Positions 53,012 to 62,200 of a stretch of 64,000 nt of DNA are shown here, one piece after another. The position numbers were made by a program, and so were the translations under genes. How positions within the stretch are numbered: position 1 is the stretch's first letter; each line of letters opens with the position of its first letter. The notes under the pieces were generated by a model, which saw only the letters and a list, made by a program, of their open reading frames with translations, was not told where the DNA came from and did no database searches. The DNA lies in the IMG/VR virus record IMGVR_UViG_3300024054_000362, positions 1-64,000 of that record. One strand, 5' to 3'.

Positions 53012-53399
53012 GGTCGTTCGTGCGAGACGCTGTCGTATGGGCAGTGTCTTTCACATCGTGATCTGGACTGAGGGCGTTACAGACATCGTTTTCGAATTGG
53101 GCACCGAGGGCGAGCTTGCCACGCGCGAGGTCGCCGAAAAGGTCGCAGGAGCCTACCGCGAGCTTCTGGATATGGTCTACGCACGGAACGGCGGGGCCGA
53201 ACATGCCTTCCGATCGCGTGTTGGGATTCTCGAAATCCCGATGCCAGATCCCCGCGTGCGACGGCCCGTGCCGCGCACCGATGTCGAGGAAATCATGAAA
53301 GAAGCCCGCGAACTCCTCCTACGCAGAAAGCTGCGTAGTACGACTACGTAGCAACTTAGTCTTGACTAGTTTATGTATCGACGTCACTCTCACGACGTC

Positions 53400-54008
53400 A
53401 TGTATCGACAGACCGTGATTGTTGTCGGAGTCGGAGCCCTTGGTTCTCACGTGGTTCAGCTTATACGCAACGAAGCAAACCTCTTCGTGATCGACTTCGA
53501 TCGCGTCGAATCCAAGAACGTCCTCAGCCAGTTCCACGGCAAGCCCAACGTCGGCAAGGGCAAGGTCGCGTCGATCGGCCAGACCATGAACTTCCTGTGG
53601 GGCGTCAAAGTCGACGGCGCCAACGCCAAGCTCGTCGACATCAACGTCGACGTCCTGCTCAACCGCGACTTCCGCTGGCCGGAAGGTATCGTCCGCAAGG
53701 CGGACCTCGTCATCGACTGCCTCGACAACGGAGATGCTCGTCGACTCGTCCAGGCGTTCGCACGCGCACAGAAGATGCCGTGCCTTCACGGCGCGCTCGC
53801 CGCCGACGGCGGCTTCGGCCGCGTGATCTGGGACGAGAACTTCGTCATCGACGACAACACGGCCGGCGCAGCAACGTGCGAGGACGGCGCACATTTGCCG
53901 TTCATTGCGGTCGTCTCCGCCCTCATTGCTCGTTCCGCTCAGGAATTCCTCCTGCGCGGGAAACGATACGGTTGGTCGATCGCGCCTACTCGTATCGAAA
54001 TGGTGTAA
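53400..54008 (+). CDS. ThiF/E1-like adenylyltransferase
   Basis: VVGVGALGS, IDFDRVESKN..Q, GKGKV, DLVIDCLDN and ATCEDG (Cys). Confidence 0.9.
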   Translation: MYRQTVIVVGVGALGSHVVQLIRNEANLFVIDFDRVESKNVLSQFHGKPNVGKGKVASIGQTMNFLWGVKVDGANAKLVDINVDVLLNRDFRWPEGIVRKADLVIDCLDNGDARRLVQAFARAQKMPCLHGALAADGGFGRVIWDENFVIDDNTAGAATCEDGAHLPFIAVVSALIARSAQEFLLRGKRYGWSIAPTRIEMV

Positions 54009-54048
54009 TCGTCTCAACCAGTCGCAGTACCAACCAAAGGATCGAAAC

Positions 54049-54435
54049 GTGAATCAGGGATCGCTTCAGAAACTCGTCAACAACTTCGTCGATCAGCTCC
54101 ACGATCTCTGGAAGCAGGAAATCGTCGACGCCCTTGGCGGGAAGGTCGGCTCGCTCAAGAACGGCAACGGTGTCGGTTACGGTCGCGGCGTGAAACGTGC
54201 CCCCGCAGATCTCGACCGACTCGCCGATCGGTTCGTCGACTTCGTGAAGACGAACCCGCATCTCCGCATCGAGCAGATCAACAAGCAGCTCGGCACGACG
54301 ACGAAGGAACTGATGTTGCCGATCAGAAAGCTCATCGCCGAAGGCCGTCTCAAAGCCGACGGCCAGAAGCGCTCGACGACGTACGCCGTGCCCGGCGAGA
54401 AGAAACCCGCCGACAAGAAGCCCAAGAAGCGCTAA
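54049..54435 (+). CDS. Winged-helix nucleoid-type DNA-binding protein (myxobacterial type)
   Basis: KR...L..L....V..NP.LRIEQINKQLG..TKEL.LPIRKL....GQKRSTTY. Confidence 0.7.
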   Translation: MNQGSLQKLVNNFVDQLHDLWKQEIVDALGGKVGSLKNGNGVGYGRGVKRAPADLDRLADRFVDFVKTNPHLRIEQINKQLGTTTKELMLPIRKLIAEGRLKADGQKRSTTYAVPGEKKPADKKPKKR

Positions 54436-55615
54436 CGCATGCGTCCGATGAACTTGAGCGGTTATCACGTTGTGGAACGTCTTGCCCTAGAAGGCCGTCG
54501 GCACGCCGAGGCTAAGTTAAGAGACCTGGTGCGCGCTGCTCACGCCGAACGAACGACAGAAAGCGGCTCGCTCGGAGACCAAATTCTAGCCGCGGTCGAA
54601 GCTCTTCCCGACGAAAGCAAGCTCCAAAATCTTCCCGACGACATCCGCAACAAGTTGGAAGACGCGATCGTCCAATTCGAAATCCAATATCACGCCGATC
54701 AAGTCATCAAGACCCTCGAAGAGAAGAAGCCCTAGGGCTTGCATGCGCACGAATCGATCGAACCGCACGCATCGGATCCCGTCGGATGACACGGTTGCGT
54801 TCGTCGAATCTGCTCACAGTGCTGCTCACACGAACAACCGCCGCACTGCGAGGAGTTGCTCGCAGCGCTGGAGCCGGCCGAGAGCACGAGCACTTGGACC
54901 GTCTCCACGCCAAGCCTGAGCTTCCGCAGCTCCATCATCGGGAACTGCCGTGGATTTTCTCCGCTGCACGAACGCCTGTCGCAGCGGCATCACCGACCCC
55001 GACGTTGCCGTGGAACGCCTCTTCGGCGATATCGAGCGCCGTCTCGCGCGCCTGCGGCGTCAACGGACGGTTCTTCGTCTGTGAATCGACCCACGTTGCC
55101 AACCAGTCGCGGTTCTTGCCCATGGTGACCTCCTTCGCTTGCGATGCCAAAGCTCCACGGATCGACGCATGAGAAAACCACGAACCGTGTCGAGGGGTAT
55201 AACCAAGTCGTGCTTTCTGTAGATCCAACACACCGCCGGTGTTTCCGTGCACATCCGACGAACCCGCTCGGCCACGAGGGTTGTCGACTCCCGCCCAACC
55301 ATGAAGGTCAGCATCGTTGGAAGCGACTCATGAACCTGTGCAAGCATCGCGGCGGTTGGCGACCGTGTGACGACTTCACCGACTGCCCGGTCGATCACGA
55401 TCCAGGCGATGAAGATCAGGACGCTCGGTGAAGAAGTTCTCGACGGAGATCGGCGTTGTGAACATGCTCTCGCATTGTCGTGCTTGACAACCTCACCGCG
55501 AGCCGCTAGGGTGCTTCTCGACTGGTTACCAACCGCATCGTGCTTACAAGCGCCGCAAGGCATCGTCACTCCAGAACGACAGCACCAGCACGACGCACTC
55601 GGTAACTAGGTCTAC

Positions 55616-55743
55616 GGCAGGTAAGGGAGCTGGGCTCCCGCTTTCCTCATAAGAAAGAACACACCAACAGTTTCATCTCGTCACGCGCGCGTGACACCCG
55701 CGACTGTTTACAAGCTAGGTTGGTTCGATTCCAACACCTGCCT
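55616..55743 (+). tRNA. tRNA(CAT) with ~60-nt insertion in the variable region
   Basis: GGCAGGT/ACCTGCC acceptor, GGGAGC/GCTCCC D arm, CTTTC-CTCATAA-GAAAG anticodon arm and GTTGG-TTCGATT-CCAAC T arm. Confidence 0.65.
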
Positions 55744-55902
55744 CCGTCTGACAACTGAAGAGCGCGCCTTGTTGACGTCACAGCAACGTCAACGTTGATA
55801 GAAACAATACGGATCAAGCAAGAAACCCAACAGCGGCCCTCGGCACCAAATACGATTTGGAGGGCAAACTATCATCATCTTCGAACCTTTAATCGAAGAC
55901 CT

Positions 55903-55952
55903 GTGGATCGGGGATAGTCGGATCCCATTTCGGTTCGAATCCGAGATCCACA
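55903..55952 (+). ncRNA. Anticodon-less mini tRNA-like RNA
   Basis: GTGGATC/GATCCAC-A acceptor, GGGAT-AGTCGG-ATCCC D hairpin and TCGG-TTCGAAT-CCGA T arm. Confidence 0.6.
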
Positions 55953-55977
55953 CCGAAGTCGTCATCCTGAGATGCTC

Positions 55978-56053
55978 ACACGCATAGCTCATCGTAGAGC
56001 GTCGCCCTGACAAGGCGAAGGTTGGGGCCTCAAAACCCCTGCATTCAACACCA
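55978..56053 (+). pseudogene. Degenerate tRNA-Val(GAC)
   Basis: TAGCTCA..AGAGC D arm and TCGCC-CTGACAA-GGCGA are intact. Acceptor stem and T loop are disrupted. Confidence 0.55.
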
Positions 56054-56295
56054 GCATCCCTCCTCGACGGCTTCTTTTTGTCCCAAAGTCCAAGCGACAT
56101 CGCTTCGGCGATCTAGCCCACGCGGAGGGACACCTTTTTGCGGTCGCCAGCGCCGACACGACTCCGGTTCTCCAACTGGAATCTTCCCGTGAGAAGCTGG
56201 ATGGAGCGGTATCAGCACCATCACCGGTACAAGCCGCGCAGATCGAGACTACCACCCGGTTTCGACCCGCGACTCACGTACGAAGCTGATGTTTT

Positions 56296-56370
<75 letters not shown>

Positions 56371-57170
56371 CTCCAAGACAGAGATCGTCATGGCGCGCCC
56401 TCCACACGAAGAACATGAGCATCGCGAGCGGGTTTACCGCGAGCTAGAGGCTCTCGAAGCGCAGCAGGTTGCGAAGTACGGCGTGCCGTACGAGAAGCTC
56501 CCTGAAGTGTTACGCTACCCGCCACCGGAGCATCCACAACGATCGACGTCACGCCGCTTCGACGACATCTCGATGCGTCGTGTCTGGCGTCATCGAACGC
56601 TCCGACTCGCCTCCCGCACTTCATTCGGTTGGCGCACACAGCGTCAGCAGTATCTCGCCAAGCTCGAACAGATCCGCCGTGCCGAGATCGCCGTTCGCAA
56701 GCTCCGCACGAAACACACTGGACGCGGCAAGCCGCTCGATCGTAAAGCTCATGTACATGCACGTGAGCGAATCGAAGCGCGCGAATGGCGCGACGACTTC
56801 TAGCACCGAGGGTCGATCGTGATCATCCAAGGCGGCGCCGTCCTCTGTAGCGGCTGGATGAAACGCGGAACGCCGTTCGCGGTTCCGGGCTTCCGTGACA
56901 AGCACGAGCCCAAGCCAGAACGTGTACTGTGCGACAACATCGCGCGTTACATCAACGCCCGAGGCGAGCTGTGCTGTTCGATCTGTCCCCTCAAGGAGGG
57001 CATCGACTCGATCAAGCTCGACGACGTGCCGAAGCTTCTTGCTGGAGCACGACAACTAATCGCGCTCTGTGCCGACCTGCCCCTCCTCGACTCGATGCGC
57101 TCTGGAGGCGGTCCGCATCTCGTTTCGACACTCATCGAGCTACGCAGCGTCGTTCAACGCGAGGTGAAGT

Positions 57171-57764
57171 GTGATCCTCAGTCGTAGCCAGATCCTCGCC
57201 GCGGTCAAATCAGGCGACATCCTCATCGATCCGTTCGACGAGAACGAGCTGGGGACGAACAGCTACGACGTGCACCTCGGCGACACGCTCCTCACGTACA
57301 AAACCGACCACCCCGACGGCTTCGATACGATCATCGACGACAAGGGCATGATCCGTCACTACGACATCGCCCTCGACGCCAAACGTGAACAACCGACGCG
57401 TGAGCACAAGATCGGACCGAACGGCTTCTGGTTGCTCCCAGAGCAGTTCTACTTGGGCGTCACGCAGGAGTACACGGAGACGCACAAGCACGTACCGTTC
57501 CTCGACGGCAAGTCGTCGACCGGTCGACTCAGTGCTTTCATTCACTGCACGGCTGGACGCGGCGACGTTGGATTCTGTAACCACTGGACGATGGAACTGG
57601 TCGTCACCAAGCCGGTGAAGGTCTACGTCGGGATGCCGATCGGCCAGCTGATCTACTTCGAGACCGGTCCGGTCGATCTGCCGTACAACAAGAAGCCGAA
57701 CGCGAAGTACACCGAACGCTGCGCTCGACCGCAACCGTCACAGATGTTCCGCAACTTCAAGTAG
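57171..57764 (+). CDS. dcd: dCTP deaminase
   Basis: NSYDVHLG, DGKSSTGRL..HCTAG.GDVGF..WTMEL and IGQLIYF. Confidence 0.92.
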   Translation: MILSRSQILAAVKSGDILIDPFDENELGTNSYDVHLGDTLLTYKTDHPDGFDTIIDDKGMIRHYDIALDAKREQPTREHKIGPNGFWLLPEQFYLGVTQEYTETHKHVPFLDGKSSTGRLSAFIHCTAGRGDVGFCNHWTMELVVTKPVKVYVGMPIGQLIYFETGPVDLPYNKKPNAKYTERCARPQPSQMFRNFK

Positions 57765-58125
57765 AGTCGACTCTCCATGTTCAAGTGCGAAAAGTGTCGT
57801 CAGGTCTCGCAGCCCGGTGAGACCTCAGTGAAGGTCACGTTGTCCACGCGCCAAAGGGAGTACCTCGCGTTCAAACGGCTCGACGGAACGCAGGATCGTG
57901 GGGGGATAGGCAACGAGATCGCTCGCGAGGTCGTCTGTCACGCCGCCTGCGCAGAAATGCTGAAGGTCGAGATGGCCGCGTACGCAGCTGCACAAGCCGC
58001 CGTCGACGAGAAGCCTGTGTACTCGTCGAACCCGTCGACGGGACCGTTCAACGGCATTCGGTAACGCGTCGATCGCGCGAGCGATCTGTGTTGTGGTACG
58101 GTTGAGGCCAAGGAGATCAACGACC

Positions 58126-58518
58126 ATGGCCGTAAGCCTCACGCTCACCAGCGCCACCCCCTATGCGCTCAAGTACCTCTACGTCTACGATGGCGTCGGA
58201 GGCGCAAACTCGGGCACCGTCGTCCGCACGCAGGCGCAGCTCATCGCCGACTTCCTGGCGGGTGGAGCCAAAGGTCCGAGCCCGCTCAAGGCGCTGCTCG
58301 AAGGCGTTCCATCGGACGGCGCCTGGGGTCTCCTCGATCGCGGTGCCCAGCTGTCGCTGGCGACGAACATGACGAGCCAGACCGTCGCGGGTTCGAGCAT
58401 CTCGGCGGACCTTGAAGTCGTCGTCCCGGACGGTCGCGTCCTCCGGTGCATCGGCAAGGACGGCGTCGCCATGCAGGCCAACGTCGAGATCCGCTTCCAC
58501 CACACGTTCGATCGCTAG
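58126..58518 (+). CDS. Hypothetical (putative virion) protein
   Basis: RBS AAGGAG. Downstream of a palindrome promoter. Confidence 0.6.
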   Translation: MAVSLTLTSATPYALKYLYVYDGVGGANSGTVVRTQAQLIADFLAGGAKGPSPLKALLEGVPSDGAWGLLDRGAQLSLATNMTSQTVAGSSISADLEVVVPDGRVLRCIGKDGVAMQANVEIRFHHTFDR

Positions 58519-58553
58519 TTGCGACGAAGCTCTTGACTCGATACGGTCGGGGC

Positions 58554-59078
58554 ATGGAAGACCCGGTCGTTCAAGTTAAGTTCTCGGAGTACCAGAAGCT
58601 CCGCGAAGAGGTGAAGACACAACAGACGCGCATCTACGAGCTGGAGAAGCAGGTCAGCGCTGCGCAGCTCGACGACGTGTCAGGCACGACGAAGCAGCTC
58701 CACGAAGCGCTTCACGAAGCGCTCAAGATCGTGCAATACGCCGTCGGCAATCTCGCACCGGAAACGGTTGCAGGGTGGCCACACCAAGCGCTCATCAACA
58801 TCGCCGACGCGATCGAGAAGCTTCCGGCGATGGATGCACACATCAAGGAAGTTCCGAACGACTGGCGTGAGTTTGCCAAGCTCGCCGCCGCCTTCGAGGC
58901 GCAGCGTGCCGAACGACGCAAGACGCAGGTTGTGACGATGGCGACCGCAGCCGACTTCGGCCCAAAAACGCCGGATGCAGAAGCAGCGCACGTCGAATAC
59001 GACAAACGCCGCGCTGCGGCCGGCGTCGAACCGGGTCCTGCGCCGTTCCAAGCACACACGCCTTCGAGCGATCGTTGA
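58554..59078 (+). CDS. Hypothetical coiled-coil protein
   Basis: Protein-like ORF. Confidence 0.6.
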   Translation: MEDPVVQVKFSEYQKLREEVKTQQTRIYELEKQVSAAQLDDVSGTTKQLHEALHEALKIVQYAVGNLAPETVAGWPHQALINIADAIEKLPAMDAHIKEVPNDWREFAKLAAAFEAQRAERRKTQVVTMATAADFGPKTPDAEAAHVEYDKRRAAAGVEPGPAPFQAHTPSSDR

Positions 59079-59284
59079 CAAGTCCGATCGAACTTGGTAA
59101 CCGTAGAGCTGACGGACGCTGCAGCTCCAGCGTTCGTGGCTCTCTGCTCGAAAGCCGCCCCGTCCGGGTCCCCTAGCCCGGCGGGGCCACACAAGTCTCC
59201 CCATGCACCGCTTCCTGCTCTCCGTTCGACTTCGTCGGCTACACCAGTTAGCCGGCTCGACGTCGTTGCGTTGATCGAGCAGGA

Positions 59285-59357
59285 GCTGGTGTAGCCCAAC
59301 GGTAGCGGCAGCGTGTTTAAGCCACGCGCGGTGCCGGTTCGAGTCCGGCCACCAGCA
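59285..59357 (+). tRNA. tRNA-Leu(TAA), short variable arm
   Basis: GCGTG-TTTAAGC-CACGC arm, A73. Confidence 0.85.
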
Positions 59358-59360
59358 CGC

Positions 59361-59435
59361 GTCACGGTAGCCCAACCTGGTAGCGGCACAACCTTGAGGT
59401 GGTTGACAGTCCGGGTTCGAATCCCGGCCGTGACA
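59361..59435 (+). tRNA. tRNA-Leu(GAG), short variable arm
   Basis: CAACC-TTGAGGT-GGTTG arm. Confidence 0.85.
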
Positions 59436-59440
59436 CGAGA

Positions 59441-59516
59441 GCCGACGTAGCCCAACCCTGGTAGCGGCAATGCACTCAGGATGCATCCAGTGCCGGTTCG
59501 AATCCGGCCGTCGGCA
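59441..59516 (+). tRNA. tRNA-Leu(CAG), short variable arm
   Basis: ATGCA-CTCAGGA-TGCAT arm. Confidence 0.85.
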
Positions 59517-59521
59517 CGAAC

Positions 59522-59599
59522 GCCATCGTAGACCAACTGGAAGGAGTCACCGGTTTTAGAAACCGACAAGTGCAGGTTCGAATCCTGTCGATGGCACCA
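59522..59599 (+). tRNA. tRNA-Leu(TAG), short variable arm
   Basis: CGGT-TTTAGAA-ACCG arm, encoded CCA. Confidence 0.85.
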
Positions 59600-59600
59600 A

Positions 59601-59678
59601 GCCGACGTAGCCCAACCTGGTAGAGGCGGCGCATTCAAGACGCGCGCGTTGGTGGTTCAAATCCACTCGTCGGCACCA
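59601..59678 (+). tRNA. tRNA-Leu(CAA), short variable arm
   Basis: GCGCA-TTCAAGA-CGCGC arm, encoded CCA. Confidence 0.8.
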
Positions 59679-59716
59679 TTTCGCGATCGCGCGAGCGATC
59701 GTGGTACGTTTCCTGT

Positions 59717-60041
59717 GTGTCGTCGAGCTGCCCAACTGCACCTTCATCGGCTTCAGTCTGCGGCATGTTCAACGGCGAAGCCGGCGCCATCCCCCAAGGT
59801 CATCGGCCACTGGATGTTGCGCTCCGCGCTCATCATGCCTGGCCTCGCCGCCGTCGGCATTCGCGACTCGCGCCTCGTGACAGGCGCATTGCTCAGCTCG
59901 ACGTTCGTGTCGCTATTCCTGATCGGCTACACGGCCTTCGAGCGTCAACGACGTGGCCGGCGTCGTAGGCGCGGCCTGGGCACAGGACACGCTCGTCGGC
60001 GCTTCCGACGACGTCATCAGGCGCGTCTGTCGGCGCGCTGA
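59717..60041 (+). pseudogene. Frameshifted membrane protein with Arg-rich tail and GLG motif
   Basis: Leaderless start after the palindrome. Protein-like sense continues in the +1 frame at the C5 run 59791-59795. Confidence 0.5.
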
Positions 60042-60475
60042 AGTAGTTCTACGAAGCGCGGGTTGCCGAGCGCGTGCGGATGTCGATATTCGCGGACGCG
60101 CTCGACGACTTCGTCGGCGGTCATCCCAAACACCCGCTGCATCGCAAGACCGGCAATGAGCGATGAACGGTTGAGGCCCATGTGGCAGCTCGTGAGCACG
60201 CGGTGTCCAGCGATCAGATATCGCGCGACTGTACCGGCGTTCGTGACGGCGGTGGTGATTTCAAGATCCGTCATCGGTCGGCGCGGATCATCGTCGAGCG
60301 GCGCACGAACGATGGTGACGTTTGGGAAGGCCCAAACGGGTGGCTGGTACTCGCGCGCGCACAGCACGATCACCCCGAGCCACCGGTAATAGCCGGGCGG
60401 TGGTCGCGAACCGATGAACAGGTTCGGCGCCACTTGAGAAACGTCGACGGGCGGACTGCGCAGCGTTCGGCGCAT
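60017..60475 (-). CDS. Dual-specificity protein phosphatase
   Basis: VAPNLFIGS, PLDD and CHMGLNRS (CX5R). Confidence 0.85.
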   Translation of the reverse strand: MRRTLRSPPVDVSQVAPNLFIGSRPPPGYYRWLGVIVLCAREYQPPVWAFPNVTIVRAPLDDDPRRPMTDLEITTAVTNAGTVARYLIAGHRVLTSCHMGLNRSSLIAGLAMQRVFGMTADEVVERVREYRHPHALGNPRFVELLQRADRRA

Positions 60476-60487
60476 CCGCCGAAGATA

Positions 60488-60856
60488 CTACTTCGTGATG
60501 CGCTTGGTACCGATCGAGCAACGACCGCCGCGTGCCGGAGCCAGCACCTTGTAGGCCTGCGTCCCGACCCGACATCGCGCCGCGCTCGCGTTCCACTGAC
60601 GCTTGGGACAGCCGATCAGCACCCACGCGTCGCCCGACTTCTTGTAGCGGAAGCTGCCCTTGGCGAAACGGCTCTTCGGCGCTGCCTGTTTCTCACAGAA
60701 TGTGCCTTCCATCGCACCACCGAGATCACCCCGCTTCTTGGCGCGCAGATAGAACGGAATGTAGATCGCTGCAACCAGTCCGAACGCGATCGCGACACCG
60801 AGCGCACCCTTGGTCTCTTGTTGCTTCGCGGCTTCGGTTTGCGCTTGGCTCAACAC
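60488..60856 (-). CDS. Membrane-anchored basic protein
   Basis: TM helix, then KRGDLGG and a Cys/Lys-rich domain. Confidence 0.6.
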   Translation of the reverse strand: MLSQAQTEAAKQQETKGALGVAIAFGLVAAIYIPFYLRAKKRGDLGGAMEGTFCEKQAAPKSRFAKGSFRYKKSGDAWVLIGCPKRQWNASAARCRVGTQAYKVLAPARGGRCSIGTKRITK

Positions 60857-60858
60857 GG

Positions 60859-61380
60859 TCAGTCCTCGTCACCCGAGAACTGCCGCCCGCGTGAGCGTAC
60901 GGCTTTGACCAGTGCGAGCGTCGCGACCGTCGCGATTGACAGCGTCGAGACAACCTGGAGCACGGTCTGGATCTTCTCCATCTTCGCCAGTGACGCGAGC
61001 GCGACAGGATCGGCGGCTGCGGCTGTTGCTGCCGCCTGCCCGAATTGCCGCCGACGCAGGCGACGCTCGACCGACGTCGTTGTACGCCCAAGGCCGCCGT
61101 CCGGGTAACCCGAACCGTCGACCGGGTAACCGTAGTACCAGCCCTGTCGAACGGGAATGTACTGTAGGTCGACCGACGCTTCGAAATCGTTCGGAACATC
61201 GCCAAGACCGATGTCAGGATGCACGGGCACGCGTGCCACTGTGCCGGGATGGAACAGCGCGAAGTGCCCATACGGCGTGATGTGCGTGTCGTAGTAGCCA
61301 CCAGCCGGCGTGCAGGTCTGGCAACCGAGACCGGCGCCGTTGATCGAACGCTGCATCTCGTTGACGTAGATGCCAAGCAT
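60859..61380 (-). CDS. GLG/FGQ-motif membrane protein
   Basis: AGLGC, IGLGD, GGLGR, QFGQ and a C-terminal TM. Confidence 0.65.
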   Translation of the reverse strand: MLGIYVNEMQRSINGAGLGCQTCTPAGGYYDTHITPYGHFALFHPGTVARVPVHPDIGLGDVPNDFEASVDLQYIPVRQGWYYGYPVDGSGYPDGGLGRTTTSVERRLRRRQFGQAAATAAAADPVALASLAKMEKIQTVLQVVSTLSIATVATLALVKAVRSRGRQFSGDED

Positions 61381-61967
61381 TAGCGACGGCTCCGGCGTGC
61401 GGCACCATAGATGCCGACAGCAACACCGAGTGCAACAGCACCAACGGCGATGCCGCCCGTGAGTGCTTGCCAGAACGCGATCCGCTTCAGTGATGCTTCC
61501 TGAGCCTGCTGTGTCGCGACGAGCTGCTGCACCTGCAATGTCAACGCCTGCGTGTCAGCGTCACCGAAACCGCCGCCGACCATCGCAGCGTTGTAGTGGT
61601 AGCCGTTTGGATCGTGATAGCCACCCTGCCGTTGCATCAACCGAACGGTTGCAGTGCCGGGAAGGCCGTACGGACGACCCGTCATCCAAGCATCGGACTC
61701 GTTCACGACACCGAGGCCCGACTTCAGTTCTTCGAGAGACGCGTAGGGCATGTAGTACCTCGGCGTTGGAGAGGACGTCACCGCACGGACAGGTGCCCGA
61801 GCAGGTCGCGGTGGCGGAGACGGAGGAGGCGTTCGCTGTAGAGCAACCGACGGCAGCCTTTGCAGCGCCGCTGCGACGATCGCGTCGTGCGCACCAAGCT
61901 GCATGGTCGTAGTCGCTGGTGCAACCCCAACCCAGCGGGCGAACGTAGGCATTTCCGAAGCGAGCAT
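61380..61967 (-). CDS. GLG/GFG-motif tail-anchored protein
   Basis: QLGA, SGLGV, GGFGD, TM helix and RRSRR. Confidence 0.65.
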   Translation of the reverse strand: MLASEMPTFARWVGVAPATTTMQLGAHDAIVAAALQRLPSVALQRTPPPSPPPRPARAPVRAVTSSPTPRYYMPYASLEELKSGLGVVNESDAWMTGRPYGLPGTATVRLMQRQGGYHDPNGYHYNAAMVGGGFGDADTQALTLQVQQLVATQQAQEASLKRIAFWQALTGGIAVGAVALGVAVGIYGAARRSRR

Positions 61968-62006
61968 CGCCCCGTACTGTAACACGATCGCGTGCGCGAT
62001 CGCAGT

Positions 62007-62168
62007 TCAGCGTCGACGACGACGGTGGCCGACGGGCTTGTGGAAGCCCATCGCGATCATGATCCCGGCCGACAGAACCAGGCCTGCAACACCGAGCATG
62101 ACTGCAGGTCCACGTGACGGCGGCGTCGACGGGGCCGACGTCGGCGGCGCCGCCTGTGCCAACATCAT
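62007..62168 (-). CDS. Small tail-anchored membrane protein
   Basis: MMLAQ start, TM helix, HRRRRR end. Confidence 0.55.
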   Translation of the reverse strand: MMLAQAAPPTSAPSTPPSRGPAVMLGVAGLVLSAGIMIAMGFHKPVGHRRRRR

Positions 62169-62200
62169 ATACCGCGAAGGCGACGTCCACTGTGCAGCGA

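Noticed and set aside
53400-54008. ThiF as a thiamine or molybdopterin biosynthesis gene
   Set aside because: No thiG/thiS/moaD/moaE neighbours in the window and the Zn-binding CxxC pairs are missing. JAB/Ubl context fits conjugation better.
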